A DNA stretch of 64,000 bases from Phycisphaerae bacterium (GCA_003551645.1 PUND01000134.1:6781-70780); one strand, 5' to 3'. Shown: positions 8,272 through 18,246, numbered from the stretch's first letter. The notes: generated by a model not told the origin, from the letters alone. A program made the numbers and translations.

Positions 8272-8529
8272 TTAACTGCCGAGGCGCCTCGTACGCGCGG
8301 GAAAAAAGCGCTTCCGTTTTGATCGGTTGGCTTGCCGGGAAACTCCCTGTCGCATGCGGTGGCGCTGTTCTTGGGTTGCCTCGGCCAGGGGCGCCGGGTC
8401 GTCGCGAGGGCAAACTGCTTCCGGCGTGATCGTCCACTCGCCCCAGTCGAAATCATGCTCAATCCAACCGGCCTCATAGACGTAGCCGACGAACTGCTGC
8501 GCCGGTTGGGAAAGCCAGTAGTGGGGCAT
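8272..8529 (-). CDS. Small 85-aa Trp/Tyr-rich hypothetical protein, probably co-transcribed with the PPDK_N protein.
   Basis: Its stop is 3 nt from the start codon of the 879-aa gene on the same strand. The composition looks protein-like (HYWLSQPAQQFVGYVYEAGWIEHDFDWGEWTI). No family was recognised. Confidence 0.35.
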   Translation of the reverse strand: MPHYWLSQPAQQFVGYVYEAGWIEHDFDWGEWTITPEAVCPRDDPAPLAEATQEQRHRMRQGVSRQANRSKRKRFFPARTRRLGS

Positions 8530-8869
8530 AGTGAAGACCCCCGGTTTGGTCTTTGCCGGTGAGACCCATTGACCAAAGCTGCCGCCGGGTTCTTCCAGGC
8601 GCGGCAGGAACGTCGCCAGCCCATCACAAGCTGACCACCCACTCTCGCCTCCTGGCCGTGCTTCAGGAGGCGAGGCGAGAGGATAAGGGTCACGAGCTGC
8701 TTTTCACCCCCCGGCCTTCGCGGAAATACCCCGAAGGCGGCAGGTTAAACGCACCTCAGCGGCGAGTCGCCAAATCGGGACAAAACCGGGACAATCGGGG
8801 CGCACAAAAATGCCGACATGTCGCAAGAACTGTGTTTGTTACGCCTTACGAACGCCGGCTCTTTTGTAA

Positions 8870-8956
<87 letters not shown>

Positions 8957-9283
8957 ATGAAAGGCATTGTACGGGTGTTTGTTCTGGCTGGCAACCGAGC
9001 AGCGGGCGACGTTAATGTCGTACTTGCAGATGATGGGCGTCAGTGTGGTCCGCGGCCGCTACAGCCATCGCCGCCCCGGCCGCGGAAGTGAGCGACAGAA
9101 CGGTCACGTGACGGTCGCCGCAACGAATGATGCCGGCCGGTTGCCGCACGGTTCGGAGGAGCCGATTAGAAGTGCTGAACTTGCACAGCCCGTTGGTACG
9201 ATTTAAACTATGGTAGGCAATGCCGTGCCCGGCGAATTTGTCCGATACTATAGCGCCGTCGGCGTGTTCAAAGCACAGTCCCG

Positions 9284-10417
9284 ATGTGCTCGGCCCGGGC
9301 GGCGGAGACCGCGATGACCAACGTAAGCATTTTTGAAGCGACGGTAGAGCACTTCCTCGCGCCTATCATGTCTTACATGCGCGATCCGGATATCTCGGAG
9401 ATCATGGTCAACGCTCCGGACGAGATATACATCGAGCGTCAGGGCCGCGTAGAGAAGACCGACGCCCGCTTCGACGACGAGGAGGCCCTGCTGGCGGCGG
9501 TCAAAAACGTGCTCCAGTACACCGGCAAGCAGGTGTCCCAGCAGCAGCCGCTGGTGGATTCGCGCCTTCCGGACGGCAGCCGTGTTCATGTCATCCTGAG
9601 ACCGCTGTGCCGGACCAGCACTGTGATGTGCATCCGCAAGTTCGCCAAGACCCTGCTGGACGCCGACCGCCTGCTGGAGCTTGGCTCATGGACGCCGGAG
9701 ATGATGGGCTATCTGCGAGTCTGCGTGCAGGGCGCGAAGAACATACTGCTGGCCGGCGGAACCAGCAGCGGAAAGACCTCGTTGCTGAATGTGCTGAGCG
9801 GTTTCGTGCCCGACGACCAGCGGGTTGTGGTGATAGAGGACTCCGCCGAGCTTGATTTTCAGAAGCCGCACGTGCTGTCGCTGGAGAGCCGCCCGCCGGA
9901 CCGCTGGGGCAGGGGCGAGGTGACGATACGCGAGTTGTTCCGCTCGGCCCTTCGCCTGCGGCCGGACAGGGTGATTATCGGGGAGGTCCGCGGCGGCGAG
10001 GCCCTGGACGTGATACAGGCGATGACCTCCGGACACGCCGGCAGCATGACCACGCTGCACGCCACCGGGGGGCTGGACGCCCTGAACCGCCTGGAGACGC
10101 TGGCGATGATGTCCACGGTGGAGCTGCCGCTGCACGCCTTGCGGGCGCAGATCGCCTCGGCCATCGACGTGCTGGTGCAGGTCACGCGATTCCCGGACGG
10201 CAGGCGGATGGTGACGGGGTCTTCGGAAGTGCTTCCGCTGGGGGATGATGGAAAATATCGCATTCAGGAGATATTCCGATACGAGCCGCCCGCGGCCGGC
10301 GGAGAGGACCGTCTGACGTGGACCGGTCAGAAATCCCTTTTCGCCGATCAGGCGAGCATTCGCAAGCTCCGCGAACATTGGGGCCAGGCGGGGTTCGTAT
10401 TCGGGGGTGAAATGTAG
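9284..10417 (+). CDS. cpaF: CpaF/TadA-family Tad pilus ATPase, short form without an N-terminal accessory domain.
   Basis: Walker A reads [15 protein letters not shown]. The family regions DPDISEIMVNAPDEIYIERQG and ...DRVIIGEVRGGEALDVIQAMTSGHAGSMTTLHA are present. An alternative start lies at 9314 (MTNV..., preceded by GGAG). Confidence 0.8.
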   Translation: MCSARAAETAMTNVSIFEATVEHFLAPIMSYMRDPDISEIMVNAPDEIYIERQGRVEKTDARFDDEEALLAAVKNVLQYTGKQVSQQQPLVDSRLPDGSRVHVILRPLCRTSTVMCIRKFAKTLLDADRLLELGSWTPEMMGYLRVCVQGAKNILLAGGTSSGKTSLLNVLSGFVPDDQRVVVIEDSAELDFQKPHVLSLESRPPDRWGRGEVTIRELFRSALRLRPDRVIIGEVRGGEALDVIQAMTSGHAGSMTTLHATGGLDALNRLETLAMMSTVELPLHALRAQIASAIDVLVQVTRFPDGRRMVTGSSEVLPLGDDGKYRIQEIFRYEPPAAGGEDRLTWTGQKSLFADQASIRKLREHWGQAGFVFGGEM

Positions 10418-10421
10418 TACA

Positions 10422-10619
10422 ATGAACGTGGATAGAATGCCTGGTGGAATACGGAAAAAACGGCTTGCCGAGGACCAGTCGGGGCAGACCACCATTGAGT
10501 GGGTGCTGCTGCTGGGCGCTTTCGGTATTCCCATGGTGTACATGATGGTGCTGCTGCTGGCCACGCTGAGCGAGCACTACCGCATGGTGACTTTTATTCA
10601 GACGCTACCGCTGCCCTGA
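10422..10619 (+). CDS. flp: Flp-family type IVb pilin (paralog 1).
   Basis: The leader is followed by G/QTTIEWVLLLGAFGI, an Flp cleavage-site motif G/xxxxE(Y/W) plus a hydrophobic helix. Start ATGs at 10407, 10422 and 10437 are all possible. Confidence 0.6.
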   Translation: MNVDRMPGGIRKKRLAEDQSGQTTIEWVLLLGAFGIPMVYMMVLLLATLSEHYRMVTFIQTLPLP

Positions 10620-10677
10620 CGGGCCGACGGGCGGCGGGCGAGCCATACTGGTCGGCCCGGGAACGGATGGTTGATTC

Positions 10678-10887
10678 ATGAGACAGACAGGAAGCATAAC
10701 CCAGCGGCTCAAGGCCCTGCATCGCGACGAACGTGGCGCGGACATGGTGGAGTACATCCTGCTGATAGCGGCGGTGGCGCTGCCGCTGCTGGCGGTGCTG
10801 ATCTTCTTCTGGCGTGATATCTCCGAGCGCGTCAGCTCGCTTTGGCGCGACGTGTGGGGCGACGCCGAAGAAGGCATGCCTCGCTGA
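10678..10887 (+). CDS. flp: Flp-family type IVb pilin (paralog 2).
   Basis: ERGADMVEYILLIAAVALPLLAVLIF is the canonical G/xxxVEY Flp motif plus a hydrophobic stretch. Length is 69 aa. Confidence 0.75.
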   Translation: MRQTGSITQRLKALHRDERGADMVEYILLIAAVALPLLAVLIFFWRDISERVSSLWRDVWGDAEEGMPR

Positions 10888-10919
10888 GCACTGACCGCTC
10901 GGGCTGAGGTGAACCGTCT

Positions 10920-11492
10920 ATGCCGCCGCTAGCGGAGATGTGGCCGTTCGCGGTGCTGGGTGTGGTGGTGGTCGTGGCGGCCATTTCCGACGTCCGCACC
11001 GGAAGGGTCCCGAACGCTGTTACTTACCCGGCCATCGCCGTAGGGCTTCTGGCACACACGCTGCTGGGAGGCATGCGCGGCGAAGGCCCGGGGATCGGTC
11101 TGTACGCGTCGGCGGCGGGTCTGGCTGCGGGCTTTCTGCCGATGCTGGTGGTGTGGCTGGCCGGCGGCATCGGCGGCGGCGACGCGAAGCTCATGGCCGC
11201 GGTCGGGGCGCTGACCGGCTGGCGGTTCGCCTTGTCGGCGCTGTTTTATGGCCTTGTCGTGGCGGTGGTCCTGGCGCTGATAGTGATGGTGCGAAAGCGC
11301 ATCGTGCGCCGGACGCTGCGACGATTGTTCGGTTTTCTGGTGCTTTTGCTGACGCCCTCCAAACCGGCGGATCCAGCCGCCGAGGGAAGCGAGAAAATAC
11401 CGTTCGCGCTGGCGCTTTGCATAGGCGCCGGGGCGGCGCTGGCCGAGGTGGTTATGCGAGGCCAGCACGCTATGAAACTGCTGGGCCTCTGA
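10920..11492 (+). CDS. cpaA: Prepilin peptidase CpaA/TadV (A24 family).
   Basis: The N-terminus is polytopic, and ISDVRTGRVPN is the conserved D...R.IPN motif of A24 peptidases. A second Asp region is present (GGGDAKLMAA). Confidence 0.75.
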   Translation: MPPLAEMWPFAVLGVVVVVAAISDVRTGRVPNAVTYPAIAVGLLAHTLLGGMRGEGPGIGLYASAAGLAAGFLPMLVVWLAGGIGGGDAKLMAAVGALTGWRFALSALFYGLVVAVVLALIVMVRKRIVRRTLRRLFGFLVLLLTPSKPADPAAEGSEKIPFALALCIGAGAALAEVVMRGQHAMKLLGL

Positions 11493-11565
11493 GTCGCGAC
11501 GCAGCGGCCTCGGCGGCCCTTGGCAGAGCAATCCGGGAATTGGCTGCCGCAGACGCTTTCGGACA

Positions 11566-12504
11566 ATGATTAACGGTCAAGGAAAACGTGACCGCATGGT
11601 CGCCAGGGCATGCGCCGGCGGACTGCTGGTGCTGCTGGTCGGCGGCATATTCGCGGCGGTGTTTTTCGGTGGCGGTATTGTCGGCGCCGGAGACAACGAG
11701 CGACACTGGCTGCCGGCGGCGGTGACCAGTCCGCTGTTTATCGCTTGCGCGGCCGTGGCGCTGGTCAGCGCGGTGCTGGCGGCATGGCTGGCCGGGGCCT
11801 TGGTGCTTGCCGGAAGAAGACAGCGCAGCCACGACGGGGCCGAAGGCGGCGCAATGATCGAGTTCGCACTGGTGCTGCCGTTTCTGCTGATGATCGTGCT
11901 GGTGATGATACAGTCGGCGCTGCTCATGGGCGCTCAGCTTTGCGTCAATTACGCCGCGTACAGCGCCGCTCGCAGCGCAGTTGTGCAGATTCCATCGGAT
12001 CGTGGATACAACGAACCGCCTAACATGCCGGGCAGCAGCAAGATGGAGCGTGTGCGGCTGGCCGCTTTGTGGGCGGTGCTGCCGATCAGCTCCGGCGGCT
12101 TCGAACACACTTCCCCGGACGGACAGACGCTGCGGGACGGGCTTGAAAGATTTTTCCGCAACTATGGCGAAGATGTTCCCGGTTGGGTGGACGGGCGCCT
12201 CGGACGCAAGCTTGCCTACGCGCGGGCACACACTGAGGTTTCACTGACCGAGCCGACACATACGTCGGGCCATACGCTCCCCAGCGGCGAAACTTACACC
12301 GGCTACGCCACGCACGCCGACGTTCGCGCGGAGGTGGAGCACACAATTTACCTGTCGGTGCCGTTCGCGGCGCGGATGTTCGCAGTGCTGGGCGGCGGCG
12401 TTCGCCTCGGCCCGGGGGAGCACGGGATGCCGCTTAAGGCCCACTGCACGCTGATAAACCAGGGCCAGCAGAATTATGTGGATGTTGAAGTGTGGGACGA
12501 TTGA
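11566..12504 (+). CDS. TadE/TadG-like pseudopilin-type pilus assembly protein.
   Basis: GAMIEFALVLPFLLMIVLVMIQSALLMG is the TadE-like N-terminal motif. The start is uncertain: the 95 aa upstream are hydrophobic and low-complexity, and an internal start near 11854 is possible. Confidence 0.55.
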   Translation: MINGQGKRDRMVARACAGGLLVLLVGGIFAAVFFGGGIVGAGDNERHWLPAAVTSPLFIACAAVALVSAVLAAWLAGALVLAGRRQRSHDGAEGGAMIEFALVLPFLLMIVLVMIQSALLMGAQLCVNYAAYSAARSAVVQIPSDRGYNEPPNMPGSSKMERVRLAALWAVLPISSGGFEHTSPDGQTLRDGLERFFRNYGEDVPGWVDGRLGRKLAYARAHTEVSLTEPTHTSGHTLPSGETYTGYATHADVRAEVEHTIYLSVPFAARMFAVLGGGVRLGPGEHGMPLKAHCTLINQGQQNYVDVEVWDD

Positions 12505-12553
12505 GCGACCCAAGCGGCGGCGGATGCCGCCAAGGTAGACCGGGACGGAACGG

Positions 12554-15250
12554 ATGACAGAGGATAAGGCGAACAACAGTGAAGGGCGCGGCGACGAAGT
12601 CGGACTGCCGGCCGGCACGAAGATAGGCAAATACGAGGTTCGTGAACGGCTGGGCATTGGCGGTCAGGCCATCGTGTATCGCTGCTACGACCCCACTCTT
12701 GAACGCGATGTTGCGATCAAGCAGATATCTTCGCATCTTTCCGAGGACGAGGAGTTCGTAAGCCGTTTTCGCCGCGAGGCGCAGGTGCTGGCCCGCGTCG
12801 GTGCAATGCAGCCGGCCGTCATCACCATTCACGAACTGCTCGAGGACGAGCGCGGGCTGTTCATCGTCATGGAATATGTCCGCGGGGAAACACTCGAGAC
12901 CGTCATACGGAACTACGACGGTCCGGCGGAGACCAGGGCGGTTCTTCAGCTTATCTGGCGACTGGCGGCTGCGCTGCACGACGTGCATAAGGCGGGAATC
13001 ATCCACCGCGACCTCAAACCCGGTAACATCATCGTCTCCGAGGGGCTTCGGCCGAAGATATCGGACTTCGGCCTGGCGGCCGCCGGGGCCGAGCAGACCT
13101 CGGTGCTGATGGGCACTACCAAGTACATGGCCCCGGAGCTTTTTGAGGGTAAGCCGGCCGACGCCCGCGTTGATATGTACTCGCTGGGCTTCATCGCCTA
13201 TGAGATGCTGCTGGGTCGCGAGAAGTTCAACGAGGTCTTCGCCGATGTGGTTCGTGACCGCCACACCGCCGCCATGCGATGGATGAAATGGCACGGTAAC
13301 AAACAGGTCCAGGCCCCGGCTCTGCACGAGCTTAACCCGTCGGTCCCCAAGGCGCTTTCGGGCATCGTGGCGAAGATGATCGCCAAGGATCCCGACGAGC
13401 GATTCCAGACGATGGAGGAACTTGGCCGGGCGATAAAGCAGCATTTCTCCCCGCGTTTTCGTGCGGCGGGAGCAGGAGCGGGTATCGCGGCCGGCGGCGA
13501 GGGGCAAGGACCGCCGGCGGAAGGCAGGTCCGAAAAGTCTATCGCCCCGGAGGAGGGCGACGAGCTTGAACTGGAACTCGAGGAGCCACCTCCGACGGCG
13601 CCCATACCTAGCGGGCGGTTCTCGACGCGTCTGAAGATCGGGCTGGCTGCCTTCATTGGCCTGGTGATAGTTGTCGGCGGCGTGGCGATAGGCGTTCGAA
13701 TGGGCCGCGAGCGGGCGGACATTGCGGGAGAGTACTCAAGGGCGGCAGACCTTTATGAGGAAGGCAAGCTGGAGCACGACCGCGACAAGCTCGCCGAGGC
13801 CGCCGAACGGTTTGAACATATTCGCGTCGAGCACGGTGGCACCGAGGCGGCCGCACGCGCGTCGGTCCGCGTTCACATGGCCAGGGCGCATGTGGCCGTG
13901 CTGGACCAGGACTGGGACGCCGCGGCCAAGGAGGAGGCCTCGTCCAAGGACCACCTGCGGACGGTCCAGAGGGAAGAACTGGCCCCAGTTTCCTGGGTGC
14001 GTGAGATCGACGACGAAATCGACGGTTTCGAGGCCTACCGGCTTAACGCCCGCACCTTCGCCAGTGCGGAACGACAGGCCCGCGACCGGATGGCCGCGGG
14101 GCGGTTCGACGAAGCCGAGACCGGCTTCCAAAGAGAGCTTGAGGGCCTGACTCTGACCGATTGGCTGCGCGAGCGGCGAGACGAGTTTCTGCACGAGCTT
14201 CGGCGACAGCGCGTGGTTACGACGTTCGAAGACGCCGTAGAGCGGGGCGACGATCTTGCCGAGCAGCAGGAGTACGAGCAGGCAGCCGAGTCGTACGCCG
14301 AGGCCGAGCAGGCACTTGAGTCGGAGTATGCCGAGGAGGTCCTTTCGTCCGACGAACTGACGTCTATGCGGAACGAACTCTCGGAAAAGACCGAGGAACT
14401 GGACGAGGACCGCCGTTACGCCGAGGCAATCGAGGCGGCCGATCAGGCCGCCGATAACCAGGCCAAAATCCGACACCTGGAAACGGCGGCGGAAATCAGA
14501 CCATCGGATGAGCTGCAACAGCGCATAGACCGGCTCCAGGCCGACATCCACTACGAGCAGGCCCAGCGGATGCGGGACAGAGGCGACTTTTCCGGGGCGA
14601 TGAGGGCGCTGGAGCAGTCGCTGGAATACGCGGACCGCGAAGACGTCCGGCGTGAGATGGAGAACCTGAGCGGGCGGATAGAGAAGCTGGAACTGACCCA
14701 GGCCGGCGACGAGGCCGCTGATGCCGGGAACCTCGAACAGGCGCTTTCAAAGTATCGCCAGGCGGCGGAACTGGAGCAGACACAACAGTTACGTGAGAAG
14801 ATCAATCTCGCTGAATTCCAGCTTCAATTCGCCGAGGCCGAACGTCTGAGGGAGGAGGGCGAGTTCGACGAGGCCGTCGAGGCCTACGAGCGCGCAAGGC
14901 AGATTCGCCCGCAGGCCGAGCCGCAGGTTGAGGCCCGACTGTCGGAGATGATGCAGCGCAGGCAATACGACGAACTGATTGCCCAGGGCGACGAGCACCT
15001 GCAGGAGGATCGGTGGCACCGGGCGATGAACAAGTTTAAAGAGGCCCAGGAGGTAATGGACACCGAGGAGGTCGCCCGTAGGCAGGACCGCGCCAACCAT
15101 ATGCGCTATAAGGCCGAAGGCAACGATGCGATGGAGCGTGGGAACTACTCTGAAGCGCTGGGCTATTTCAGAATCGCCGAGCGGTTCGAAAGCACGCAGG
15201 AAATTGAGAACCTGATAGCCGAAGCCCGGGCGCGCGCCGAGTCGCAGTAG
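12554..15250 (+). CDS. Hanks-type Ser/Thr protein kinase with one TM helix and a ~500-aa Glu/Arg/Ala/Gln-rich helical C-terminal region.
   Basis: The kinase subdomains are GIGGQAIVYRCYD...VAIKQI, HRDLKPGNII, DFGLA, APE, and the TM helix is IGLAAFIGLVIVVGGVAIGV. The C-terminus is coiled-coil/TPR-like low complexity. Confidence 0.85.
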   Translation: MTEDKANNSEGRGDEVGLPAGTKIGKYEVRERLGIGGQAIVYRCYDPTLERDVAIKQISSHLSEDEEFVSRFRREAQVLARVGAMQPAVITIHELLEDERGLFIVMEYVRGETLETVIRNYDGPAETRAVLQLIWRLAAALHDVHKAGIIHRDLKPGNIIVSEGLRPKISDFGLAAAGAEQTSVLMGTTKYMAPELFEGKPADARVDMYSLGFIAYEMLLGREKFNEVFADVVRDRHTAAMRWMKWHGNKQVQAPALHELNPSVPKALSGIVAKMIAKDPDERFQTMEELGRAIKQHFSPRFRAAGAGAGIAAGGEGQGPPAEGRSEKSIAPEEGDELELELEEPPPTAPIPSGRFSTRLKIGLAAFIGLVIVVGGVAIGVRMGRERADIAGEYSRAADLYEEGKLEHDRDKLAEAAERFEHIRVEHGGTEAAARASVRVHMARAHVAVLDQDWDAAAKEEASSKDHLRTVQREELAPVSWVREIDDEIDGFEAYRLNARTFASAERQARDRMAAGRFDEAETGFQRELEGLTLTDWLRERRDEFLHELRRQRVVTTFEDAVERGDDLAEQQEYEQAAESYAEAEQALESEYAEEVLSSDELTSMRNELSEKTEELDEDRRYAEAIEAADQAADNQAKIRHLETAAEIRPSDELQQRIDRLQADIHYEQAQRMRDRGDFSGAMRALEQSLEYADREDVRREMENLSGRIEKLELTQAGDEAADAGNLEQALSKYRQAAELEQTQQLREKINLAEFQLQFAEAERLREEGEFDEAVEAYERARQIRPQAEPQVEARLSEMMQRRQYDELIAQGDEHLQEDRWHRAMNKFKEAQEVMDTEEVARRQDRANHMRYKAEGNDAMERGNYSEALGYFRIAERFESTQEIENLIAEARARAESQ

Positions 15251-15351
15251 CCGGGAAATCGGCGGATTCGACGGCGCGGATGGCGAAATAAGATGCAACA
15301 TTAGGGCGGAAACACTCGTATAAACGAGTCCCGCCTTACACGGATACACCA

Positions 15352-18246
15352 GTGAACGACTTGCCTTCAAATACCGTGTTCGGAACCCGGACAATTTCAC
15401 CCGCCGGCTACTCACACCGGAGCCGACGCGGGCAGGTACTTGCACTGACGCTGATTGCGCTTGCGGCGCTGGTGGGGCTGGTGATGTTCGTTTACAACGT
15501 CGGTCACCAGGTCAACCGGCGCTCGGACCTTCAGAAAACCGCCGACTCCACCGCGACGGCCGGGGCGTCGTGGATGTCGCGAAGTATGAACGTGGTGGCG
15601 ATGAATAACCTCGCCCAGGCGCGCATGCTTTCGCTTGTACCGGTTCTGGACGCGATACCGCTGTCCGCTGAGATCACCCTCCAGGAGATGATCCTGGACA
15701 TGGAGACCGGCGACTCTCTGCCGATGGGTCTGACGCGCCAGCTCCAGCGGGGTGTTCCAAATACGCGACAGGAGCAGGCCTACGTTGAGCAGTCCCGACT
15801 CGATGCAACCGTTGCCGACGCGGTTCTGTTCATGCCGGCCGACGAGCCTGAGCTTGAGCCGATCTGGCCGCTGCCCTCGGATGTTCGAGCGCGCATTGCG
15901 TCCGTGGGAAGAGTCGTGGGCAACGACGACGCGGGGTTCGAGACCAGCGGCGATTGGCGCACCACCAGCGGCGTCGTCAACGCCCACCGAGGAAGCTCCG
16001 CCGAGACGCTTCAGCAAGGCGCCAGCGCCAGATGGACGACCACATTGCCCGCCCCCGGCAGTTACGACGTTTATGCCTGGTGGAGCAGCACCACCGACGG
16101 GACAAACCGAGATTCCTCGGCCAGGTACAGCGTCGGCGGCAGCAGGGTTACCCGCAACCAGAATCGCAACTGCGGTACGTGGAATCGGCTGGGCACTTTC
16201 AGCTTCAGTGAAAACCAGCAGGGCGAAGTCGTTGCGAGTGTCACCGTAGAGCGAACCAGCCGTGGCGGCGATGTTGGGGGCCCCAGGGTGAATTTCGTCC
16301 GGACCGGGCTTGAGAAGCTTGAAGCCCAGATGACACCCGGCGACGACGGGGAGTTTCAGAGCCAGTTCGACGCGCTGAGCCAGCTCGACGAGGCGCTGGA
16401 CAGCCCGGAGAAGCTCGAATCTGGCGATGGACACGACATACGCAGCACCACCCACTGGAACCCCGGTACGGGCCTGGCCGACAGGGGCGAGCTGTGGGAG
16501 GCGATGATAACCCTGGACGAAGTGAGCCAGGCGACCGTGGATTCGGCCGGACTGCTGGCCCAGGCCGATGCCGTCCGCTTCGGCGAGGCAAATGATGTCG
16601 ATACCTCCGCCGTAGTGCCGGTAAGACCGAAGATTCCGGCAAGGCGGGGCGAGTTCGAGGACTTCCTTCCGGTGCTGGGCGGACATCTGACCGTTACCAG
16701 CGATAGCGCCGAGATGAGCATGCCCATCTATCCGGCGGTCAACACCATCAACCAGTTAAGCGTTCGGCTGCAGGAGCTGGAAGATGAGATGCAGGAGCTC
16801 CAGAGAAAGTTGGACGAGCTTCTGAGACTGCCGCCTGAAGAGGCGGATGAGGAAGAGACAGAGCGAGAAATAGAGGAAATCGAGCAGCGTATGAACCGGT
16901 TGCTGGACCGGATTCTGCGCCTGGAGCGGCGGAAGGAATCGCTGCTTGGCGGGCTTCACAATCGCGGCCGGGGCGGGGCGATTCCGGACTGGGAATACCC
17001 TCACCGACTCGGTCCCTTCGCTCGCCTGCTGCGGTGGCGGCACAACATCCGCGAGCGTGTCAACGGCGGCGGCACTCCGCCTTCGGACCCCGGATGGGGA
17101 GGCGACCCGGAGGTCGGCGCGCCGCGAATGCCCGGCGGCGGGGGGAGCTGGCGGACAATAGGGTACCGGACTTACGGGCCTTACTGGTGGGCGATGGACC
17201 GCATGTACCACTCTTTCGGGCTTGTCGGACGGCGGACCGGCCCGGCCGACGTCAGCCGCTTTGTCTCGAACCACCGGCTCATCTCAAACATCAAGTTCGG
17301 GTACCTTTTCGGTCTGGATGAGCCGCAGACCGTCAAGTACGCCCGGCGATGGATTACCGACTTCGAGGAGGCCAGGGAATACGCCTCCGACCCGGAGCGG
17401 CGAAGGCGCATAATCCGGACGCGGTACTACAGGCCGCTGGTGATGTCGTCGGTAAGCTGGGACAGCGACGACTGGCTGAAAGACCCGTCCACTTACTGGA
17501 GCCCGCGGAACCACATATCCCCGCCGGACGACCCCAGGGCGTCGCTGTGGGTCAGCGAGTCCCGCGGCTGGCGGGACGTGGAGCAGTTCCGCCCCGAGGC
17601 CGAGCGCGTCAACGACTACATCTGGCGATGGAGTCGCAGTTACGACGAGGTCGCCTTCGACCAGCGCGTGAACCTCTACCCTCGCTACGACTCAAATACC
17701 GGCGAGCCGATACCGTGGGAGCTGTACATATGTAGCTGGTTCATCTTCGGCGGCATCGAGGTGTACGAGGAAACAGTCGAGGTGTCCAACCCGTTCAACT
17801 TTTCCAGCGGAGATTCACTGCCGGCGCCGATGCTGCTGGATACCTCCGACGGCGACTACGACCCGACCATTCCGCCGGGCCGGGTTACGCCGGATGAGGA
17901 GAACTCCTTCCGCAGGCAGTATTTCACACTGCTGGGCGTCGCCAGACAGAACGACGACGGCGTGGTCTGGCCACAGCAGTTCTACAGCGCCGACCCGACC
18001 GAATCGATGCTGGCGATCTCGCAGGCCAGGATGTTCAACAACCGCAGCTTCGATCTCTGGACGCAGGACTGGCAGAATCAGTTGGCGCCGGTGACCGGCT
18101 GGACCTCGTGGATTCAGCGGCTCCGTGACGGCATCCCCGATGCCGGGGACATGGGCGAGCTGCTCAGCGAAGAGGAGCTGGAAGATATAGAACGTTATAT
18201 GTCGGCTCTGGAGGGCCGGATGCTGGAGCTGTTCATGACCCACTGA
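15352..18246 (+). CDS. Large TadG-like (Tad_N-domain) pilus-associated protein with a beta-sandwich domain and an acidic coiled-coil segment.
   Basis: The N-terminus has a TM helix followed by RRSDLQKTADSTATAGASWM, matching the TadE/G-like N-terminal motif (..LQnAADAAALAGA). An internal segment reads YAWWSSTTDGTNRDSSARYSVGGSRVTRNQNRNCGTWNRLGTFSF and resembles golvesin-C-terminal-like/CBM domains. A further segment ELEDEMQELQRKLDELLRLPPEEADEEETEREIEEIEQRMNRLLDRILRLERRKE is coiled coil. Confidence 0.6.
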   Translation: MNDLPSNTVFGTRTISPAGYSHRSRRGQVLALTLIALAALVGLVMFVYNVGHQVNRRSDLQKTADSTATAGASWMSRSMNVVAMNNLAQARMLSLVPVLDAIPLSAEITLQEMILDMETGDSLPMGLTRQLQRGVPNTRQEQAYVEQSRLDATVADAVLFMPADEPELEPIWPLPSDVRARIASVGRVVGNDDAGFETSGDWRTTSGVVNAHRGSSAETLQQGASARWTTTLPAPGSYDVYAWWSSTTDGTNRDSSARYSVGGSRVTRNQNRNCGTWNRLGTFSFSENQQGEVVASVTVERTSRGGDVGGPRVNFVRTGLEKLEAQMTPGDDGEFQSQFDALSQLDEALDSPEKLESGDGHDIRSTTHWNPGTGLADRGELWEAMITLDEVSQATVDSAGLLAQADAVRFGEANDVDTSAVVPVRPKIPARRGEFEDFLPVLGGHLTVTSDSAEMSMPIYPAVNTINQLSVRLQELEDEMQELQRKLDELLRLPPEEADEEETEREIEEIEQRMNRLLDRILRLERRKESLLGGLHNRGRGGAIPDWEYPHRLGPFARLLRWRHNIRERVNGGGTPPSDPGWGGDPEVGAPRMPGGGGSWRTIGYRTYGPYWWAMDRMYHSFGLVGRRTGPADVSRFVSNHRLISNIKFGYLFGLDEPQTVKYARRWITDFEEAREYASDPERRRRIIRTRYYRPLVMSSVSWDSDDWLKDPSTYWSPRNHISPPDDPRASLWVSESRGWRDVEQFRPEAERVNDYIWRWSRSYDEVAFDQRVNLYPRYDSNTGEPIPWELYICSWFIFGGIEVYEETVEVSNPFNFSSGDSLPAPMLLDTSDGDYDPTIPPGRVTPDEENSFRRQYFTLLGVARQNDDGVVWPQQFYSADPTESMLAISQARMFNNRSFDLWTQDWQNQLAPVTGWTSWIQRLRDGIPDAGDMGELLSEEELEDIERYMSALEGRMLELFMTH

